In this document: piece by piece, positions 34,635 to 40,341 of the stretch
How the letters are laid out: every line of letters starts with the position of its first letter
Numbering within the stretch: the stretch's first letter is position 1
DNA from: a virus
Lineage: Duplodnaviria; Caudoviricetes
Direction: 5' to 3' (one strand)
Virus record (IMG/VR): IMGVR_UViG_3300048574_000399
Location: 1-40,341 of that record
DNA: 40,341 nt
Position numbers and translations under genes: made by a program
Notes under the pieces: model-generated
The model's input: the letters and a program-made list of their open reading frames with translations, nothing else
What the model was told of the DNA's origin: nothing
Database searches by the model: none

Positions 34635-37600
34635 TTGCCTTTCGAACCGCTCCATATCTTCGACCCGCGCCGCAACTTCCAGTTGCAGGGATTCACCGGG
34701 CGTGCCGCCACGACCACGCTGCACGATGCGAACGCGACCGGGGTGTCCATCTCCGGCATCTTTCAGGCTGCGGAGGATTTCGCAGTCCTGGGCCTCTACA
34801 ACGCCTACGACTACTTCAATCACCTGCGCCTGAAGCACCTGCCGCGGACGGACCTCTCCGGCCTCACTCTGGCGTTCGATATCGAGTACGACCACGCGCT
34901 TGATGGTGCTATGCGGCTCGATGCAGCCAAGTATCCGTCCGTCTCCTGGGACGCGATGACGTTCGTCTGCGGCAAGGGCATTCCACAGGACACATACGAG
35001 GTCCGGCTACTCGATTATGCTACGGCAATCGGCGGCGGCGAGACCCCGGCCAAATGCTCCATGGAAGTCTCCGGCCAGGAGATCCTCGATGGCGGGATCG
35101 ATTGGCTCCATCTGTTCTTCCGCGATACGCGCTACACGGTCACGAGCACGGATTGCCGGGTGGAGGCGCAGGCGTGGATGCCCTTCGGGCCGAACATCGA
35201 TCCGGATACCGGCGTTCAGTCCTACACGCATATATGGATCCTCGACCAGTCGGAGTTTGCGGCTGGCGACACGATCACGATTGAGCGCACCGGGACCAAC
35301 GAGGAGACGACGGCGGTGATTGAAACCGGCGTCGATCCCACTTCGGGGCCGTACCTGCTGGCGTGGATCACGCAGTCGCACACATCGGACGTCTACATCA
35401 CCCGCGAGACGCACGCGATCCATCTTGTGCAGGGACTCGCAGGAATCGTCAACGCATCGGGCGACAGCGTGGCCGGCCGCTTCGGCCCGGACCAGTCGGG
35501 GGTCATCTCCGCGGGGGCAGGCGGCGGCAGCAGTTACCAGTCCGGCGCCTTGTACCTGGAGTTCAAGAGCAGCACTGCAGACGGATCGCTCTACGGAGAG
35601 CTCGGCAATCTGGATCGCGTCCTGGTAACCCACGGGCGCACGATCGACGGCGATCCCGACGAGAACCAGGGCTTCGCCTGGGCCGACGGCTCCGGCACGA
35701 CATATCGCTTCAAGGGCGGCGACAACGACACGCGTCACCGCATCGACCTGCCATTCGCCGCCCTCACTGACAAGCTGGGCAGACGGGTGCCGACAGAAAA
35801 CTGCCGCAAGATCTACATGGTTTTCGCGCCCCGCTTCGAGCGCACGGAGGAGGAACTGGAGGACGGGTGCTTCCTCGCCGCGAATGTGGGCCCGTCAACC
35901 ACCACCTGGAGCGTGGACGATATCTCGAAGCTCACTGGCGGGCGGTACTTCGTGGGCGACGGCACGACGGAGGAGCGCGTCCTGCTCGGGCAGGCACTCC
36001 CTGGCCAGATCGCTGTCACGCGCGGGTACGAGAGCACGACGCCGCAGCCATGGCCCTCCGGCACCCGCGTGAGCAAGCTCTCGCCGAAGAGCGGATTCTC
36101 CTCCGATGTGGAGTGGCGCGCGACCATCTCGAACATCGCGGTGACGGGCGGCGCCAGCCTCAAAGTGGGCGGCGCGGCCGCGCGGATCGAGGAGTCGGAC
36201 CCGCGCTGCAAGTACACCGGCTATTGGGAGGACTACGAGTACGACGCCGGATGGCCCTCGCAGTGGTGGAGCGGTGGGCACGCGCGACGCACCGCGCCAG
36301 CCAACGCCGGCGATCTCCGCAAGGTCAGCCTCAGCTATTCACAGACGCAGCAGCACGATCTCTACCTCGGCACGTTCCTGAACACGGACTGCGGCTGGAT
36401 CAGCGTGATCCTGGACGGCGTGGAGGTGCCGGGTTCCCCGTTCGATCTCTACCTCTATGAGTATGGCGGCACCGCAGCCAACATCCTCATCGCCTCTGGC
36501 GTTGCAGCCGGAAACCACTCCGTCGAGATCACAGCGCTCTACCGGACCACAAACGGCGGCTACTACTTTTGTTTCGACTATCTGTGGCCGCTGGTGCCGC
36601 AGGACGTCCCGGACGCGCCCGCAATCTATCCGGACGTGTCACTCGCCATCGACTTCGACACGGACCACGGGTACAAGAAGCCCCCGGCCTGGCACCTGTG
36701 GCAACTCCAGAAGCTCGGGTTCAAAGGCCACGCGGACGTGTACATGGGCGTCTTCTGGAACAACAAGCGCCAGCGTGTGGGCGCCACGTACCCGTACGCT
36801 ACGGTTGCGTTCTCCGGTGACCCGGCGCCGGGCGACGTGCTGTCGTTCTCGATCGGCGGCACCACTATCGCCCACGCCATCGGCCTGGGCGAGGCGCTCC
36901 AAGACATCGTGTCGCACTTCCGCGCGGCCATCAACGGTATGTTCGCAGGGGTGTGGGCGAACGATGGCTTCGGCACGAGCACGACACTCCGCGTCCAGTC
37001 CAAGGCTCCCAGCTACACGTTTACCAGCCTCTCGGTGAGCGCGCCCAATTCCGTAACGCTCACGCTGTCCGATCACATGGGCACGGCAGGAGCTGAGGGA
37101 GAATGGGAAATCCTGGATTCCGCGTCGCCGGTGATGACGGAAGGCGCACGGCGGTGGATCAAGGATCTCGCCGGACAGTTTCTGGCGGCCGGCATCAAGG
37201 CGTCGTTCGCCTTCTCGATGGAGGTCTACAACCCGCCTGGCGCGATGCGCGCCAAGTATCTCCGGTTCAGCGGCGGCCTGGTCGCGCCAGGCGAGGACGT
37301 GTTCCTCGAGGTCCCGTCGTACCAGATGCACTTCGGGACGCGTGTCCGGAACTACCTGCGCCAGATGTACAGGGAATGCGCTGACCAGATTGAGGCGGCG
37401 GGTCTGCCTGTCGTGCTTCAGTTTGGCGAGACGCAGTATTGGTACTTCGACAATCGCGCCCAGGATCCGCAGGGCGGGATGCCGTTTTACGACCAGGAGA
37501 CGATCAATGCGTTTCTGGCGGCAAAGGGTCACCAGATTTGGCCGTTCGTTACCAACACGGATGATCCGGTGGGCGATCCGGCGCACCCGAACGAAACGGC

Positions 37601-38207
37601 CACGTTTCTGCGGGACCGGATCTGGTCGTATTGCCAGGACGTGATCTCGTACGTGCGGGCGGCGCATCCTGCTGCAGTGTTCGAATGCCTCTGGCCCCTC
37701 GATGCCAACCAAGGGAAGCCGTCGCCGAATCCGGCTTACCGTCGCCTGCTCATGTACGTGAACCTGCCGGCACAGTGGAAGTCGTCCTCGTACGGGATCA
37801 AATACTTCCGCTGCGAAGGTTTCGACTACGACGTCTGGCAGAAGAACGCAAAGCTCATGCGGCAGACGATGACGTTCCCGGCGCAGATGCTGGGGCGGCC
37901 CGCGTCGGAGTGCATGTATCTGGCGGGCCTTTACGGGCCACCGGACCCGCCGATGGCGCAGGCGTACGGGATGTGGCGGCAGGTTCCGTACTACTCGATG
38001 TGCTTCTGGGCCTTCGACCAGTTTTGTTTGAACAGCAGGCCGGTTCCGTTGGAAGTGTGGAATCAATCGCCCGCCACGGCCACGGTCTACCACAAGCCGC
38101 GCGCCGCGCGTGCCGCGGAGGTCGCGCGTGTGGTTGAGGTGGTCGCGCCCGCCGGCGGCGCGCTCAATCGCTTTAGGTTGAACGAGAGGAAGCTCAATGG
38201 CGAGTAA
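34635..38207 (+). CDS. Large tail-associated protein with beta-sandwich domains and a C-terminal glycoside-hydrolase-like TIM barrel
   Basis: 1190-aa ORF with phage codon bias; TTG start, no SD; QFGETQYWYF..GMPFYDQET, FECLWP, EGFDY. Confidence 0.75.
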   Translation: MPFEPLHIFDPRRNFQLQGFTGRAATTTLHDANATGVSISGIFQAAEDFAVLGLYNAYDYFNHLRLKHLPRTDLSGLTLAFDIEYDHALDGAMRLDAAKYPSVSWDAMTFVCGKGIPQDTYEVRLLDYATAIGGGETPAKCSMEVSGQEILDGGIDWLHLFFRDTRYTVTSTDCRVEAQAWMPFGPNIDPDTGVQSYTHIWILDQSEFAAGDTITIERTGTNEETTAVIETGVDPTSGPYLLAWITQSHTSDVYITRETHAIHLVQGLAGIVNASGDSVAGRFGPDQSGVISAGAGGGSSYQSGALYLEFKSSTADGSLYGELGNLDRVLVTHGRTIDGDPDENQGFAWADGSGTTYRFKGGDNDTRHRIDLPFAALTDKLGRRVPTENCRKIYMVFAPRFERTEEELEDGCFLAANVGPSTTTWSVDDISKLTGGRYFVGDGTTEERVLLGQALPGQIAVTRGYESTTPQPWPSGTRVSKLSPKSGFSSDVEWRATISNIAVTGGASLKVGGAAARIEESDPRCKYTGYWEDYEYDAGWPSQWWSGGHARRTAPANAGDLRKVSLSYSQTQQHDLYLGTFLNTDCGWISVILDGVEVPGSPFDLYLYEYGGTAANILIASGVAAGNHSVEITALYRTTNGGYYFCFDYLWPLVPQDVPDAPAIYPDVSLAIDFDTDHGYKKPPAWHLWQLQKLGFKGHADVYMGVFWNNKRQRVGATYPYATVAFSGDPAPGDVLSFSIGGTTIAHAIGLGEALQDIVSHFRAAINGMFAGVWANDGFGTSTTLRVQSKAPSYTFTSLSVSAPNSVTLTLSDHMGTAGAEGEWEILDSASPVMTEGARRWIKDLAGQFLAAGIKASFAFSMEVYNPPGAMRAKYLRFSGGLVAPGEDVFLEVPSYQMHFGTRVRNYLRQMYRECADQIEAAGLPVVLQFGETQYWYFDNRAQDPQGGMPFYDQETINAFLAAKGHQIWPFVTNTDDPVGDPAHPNETATFLRDRIWSYCQDVISYVRAAHPAAVFECLWPLDANQGKPSPNPAYRRLLMYVNLPAQWKSSSYGIKYFRCEGFDYDVWQKNAKLMRQTMTFPAQMLGRPASECMYLAGLYGPPDPPMAQAYGMWRQVPYYSMCFWAFDQFCLNSRPVPLEVWNQSPATATVYHKPRAARAAEVARVVEVVAPAGGALNRFRLNERKLNGE

Positions 38208-40341
38208 TTACCCGGGCGCAATCGACAGCGCCGCCAGCCTGTACACGCCGGTCGATGCCTTCTCCACCAAGCCCCTGGCGACAACGACAGTGATCGCGGT
38301 GCAGGCGGGCGACTCCACAATCAGCGTGGCATCCAGTTCCGGAGGCTTTGCCGCGAGCTATGGCGTCCTCTCGATTGACGACGAGTTGATCGTGTACGCC
38401 GGCAAGACCGCGACGCAGTTCACCGGGTGCCAGCGTGGGGCGTTCGGCACGACTGCGGCCGCCCACAACAACAGCGCCCCCGTGAAAGCCAACATGGTCG
38501 CGGGCTTCATCACTGCGCTTCAGTCGGCAGTTGTTGCCATCGAGAACGAGTTGGGCACCGCCGCCGCGCGCAACTACGTCCGGAAGGACGGCGCCGTCAC
38601 GGTCACTGGCCTCAAGACGTTCCAGGACGGCGCGGAGTTCGGTGCGGGCGCGAAGGCGGGCACCGGTCTGGTGCGCCTGCCCAGCGCCGGCGCGGTCAAG
38701 TGGCGCAAGGCCGACAACTCCGGCGACCTCGGCATCGCGCTCGGCGCGAACAACCACCTGGCGATGGACGCCATTATCGACTTCGCTCCGGGCCAGACGT
38801 TCGGCTCGCCCACGTATCCGGACGCCACGACCGCGAGCAAGGGTATCGTACAGGTCGACCCGGTTGGCGGCCTGGCGGTGAACGCTGGCGTGATCTCCCT
38901 CGCAGGCACGGGCGTCACCCCTGGCAACTATGCCAAGGTAACGGTCGATTCGTGGGGGCGGGCCACGGCAGGCGCGCAACTGGCTGCCGCCGACCTGCCT
39001 GCACACACGCACGTGGCAGCGGATATCGTCTCGGGGTCGCTGCCGTTCCTGATTCAGAACAACGGCTCGCCGGTCGGGACGCGCCGCGCGCTGAACCTGA
39101 TCCAGGGGGCCAACATCGGCCTCACATTCCTGGACGTGCCCGCCAGCGACCGTGTGAACGTCACTATCGCGCTCTCATCGGTTCCGGGCCATACGCATGC
39201 GGAGGCCGACGTGACGAACCTGGCCACCGATCTCGCGGGCAAGGCCCCGATCACCCACACCCACGCGCAGGCAGACGTGAACGGCCTGGTCACCGCTCTG
39301 GCTGGGAAAGCTCCAACGTCCCATACGCACGCCGAAGCGGATATTACCGGTTTGGTAACGGACCTCGCCGGGAAGGCGGCGTCGGTCCACACACACTCGT
39401 CATCGCAGATCAGCGATGCGACGGCGAACGCAACCGCGAACACCGTGGTCCTCCGCGACGGTTCGGGCGGCGCGAACTTCGCGTACGCCGCGGCCAACAA
39501 CCTGTGGGCGTACCTCGATTCGCATCTCAACTCCATCGAATGCGGTCCTTTCGGATCGGCTGGCGGCCCGTTCGAGAACATGGCGAAGTACTCCGAAGAC
39601 TTCTCCGTCGCGACGTGGGACAAGAACGGCGGCACCTGCACGGTGAGCGCGAACGGCGTGGTCGCGCCTGACGGGAACCAGACCGCCGACGCCGTTACGG
39701 CCAGTGGCGCGGCCGGCCTGATCCGGCAGAACATCGCCGGCCTCGTTGCTAACGGCCAATACACGTTCTATGTCTGGCTCAAAGTCGCCTCCGGCACGAT
39801 GACGGTGTCGCTCGGCATCCTCGACAACGGCTGGACCACCTGGCTCACCGGGCCCACGGCGGTCACGCTCACCACGTCGTGGCAGCGGTTCAAGGTGACC
39901 GGCACCATGACGGGTGGCGCCACGGCTCTCTGGGTCGCAATCGGCCATTACACCGATAGCTGGACCTCCGGCCAGACGTTCCATGCGTGGGGCGGGTGCC
40001 TCCAGCAGGGCAACGATCCGAAGAAGGCATACGCGCGCACGTTCGGATACCAGGCGGGTCCCGCTACTGCCGGAGTCGCCTGCGGGCCGCTGCTGGTCGT
40101 CGGCAAGGACAATACGGAGTCGCCGCTGAAGGTGCGGGGACCTGGTTCCAACCTCGCGGACCACACGCTCCTCGAAGTCACGGCTGGCGGCGAACTGATC
40201 ATCGCCGGCGGCACCGGAAACGGGTACCGACTGGCAGAGTTGATGGGAGCGACGAATCCGTCCGGATGGTCCGGCGTGCTCAGAGTGAAGAGTCCCGCCG
40301 GCGTCACCGCCGGCTACATCCTGCTCTACTCCAACCCGTAA
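38197..40341 (+). CDS. Tail fibre / receptor-binding protein
   Basis: DATTASKGIVQ, TGVTPGNYAKVTVDSWGR, HTH repeats, C-terminal CBM-like jelly roll; TAA at the last base. Confidence 0.88.
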   Translation: MASNYPGAIDSAASLYTPVDAFSTKPLATTTVIAVQAGDSTISVASSSGGFAASYGVLSIDDELIVYAGKTATQFTGCQRGAFGTTAAAHNNSAPVKANMVAGFITALQSAVVAIENELGTAAARNYVRKDGAVTVTGLKTFQDGAEFGAGAKAGTGLVRLPSAGAVKWRKADNSGDLGIALGANNHLAMDAIIDFAPGQTFGSPTYPDATTASKGIVQVDPVGGLAVNAGVISLAGTGVTPGNYAKVTVDSWGRATAGAQLAAADLPAHTHVAADIVSGSLPFLIQNNGSPVGTRRALNLIQGANIGLTFLDVPASDRVNVTIALSSVPGHTHAEADVTNLATDLAGKAPITHTHAQADVNGLVTALAGKAPTSHTHAEADITGLVTDLAGKAASVHTHSSSQISDATANATANTVVLRDGSGGANFAYAAANNLWAYLDSHLNSIECGPFGSAGGPFENMAKYSEDFSVATWDKNGGTCTVSANGVVAPDGNQTADAVTASGAAGLIRQNIAGLVANGQYTFYVWLKVASGTMTVSLGILDNGWTTWLTGPTAVTLTTSWQRFKVTGTMTGGATALWVAIGHYTDSWTSGQTFHAWGGCLQQGNDPKKAYARTFGYQAGPATAGVACGPLLVVGKDNTESPLKVRGPGSNLADHTLLEVTAGGELIIAGGTGNGYRLAELMGATNPSGWSGVLRVKSPAGVTAGYILLYSNP
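39190..39417 (+). repeat. 66-bp (22-aa) HTH..ADV..L..DLAGKA tail-fibre repeats
   Basis: His-Thr-His starts at 39190, 39256, 39322 and 39388; another at 39004. Confidence 0.85.

Larger units (their letters stand above)
1..40341 (+). mobile_element. Lambda-like siphophage or prophage segment (replication end, cos region, head and tail modules); partial
   Basis: Collinear terS-terL-gpW-portal-capsid-tail tube-chaperone-tape measure-tail tip-fibre order; no host housekeeping genes; no integrase or att site in the window. Confidence 0.96.

Noticed and set aside
34635-40341. Diversity-generating retroelement or invertible tail-fibre cassette
   Set aside because: No reverse transcriptase, invertase or template/variable repeat pair seen within the window

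Overview
The whole window is a GC-rich, lambda-like (long non-contractile tail) temperate phage or prophage segment, almost all on the + strand. It begins inside a TOPRIM primase-helicase fusion whose 3' end carries an iteron-like repeat cluster (candidate replication origin). Small hypothetical genes and a candidate cos site follow. Next comes a 7-kb accessory block: three DNA methyltransferases (C5 type, ParB-SPPY type, ParB-DPPY type), an Ala/Gln/Thr-rich orphan, small membrane proteins and an antisense three-gene DUF3489 operon. The morphogenesis module comprises terminase small/large (gpA family), gpW, lambda-type portal, protease-capsid fusion, DUF2190 cement, head-tail connectors, tail tube, tail chaperone with a -1 frameshift, tape measure, distal tail protein, five accessory virion genes, a GH73 peptidoglycan hydrolase, a multi-domain tail-tip protein, a 1190-aa tail-associated protein and a tail fibre ending at the last base. 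An antisense UPF0489-like metallohydrolase moron with its own promoter interrupts the tail genes. No integrase, repressor, tRNA, rRNA, CRISPR array or reverse transcriptase is visible. Most notable are the gene nested out of frame inside the C5 methyltransferase, the intragenic origin, the moron and the orphan pair between the duplicated ParB-methyltransferases. All family assignments come from motif recognition by eye, not from database searches.
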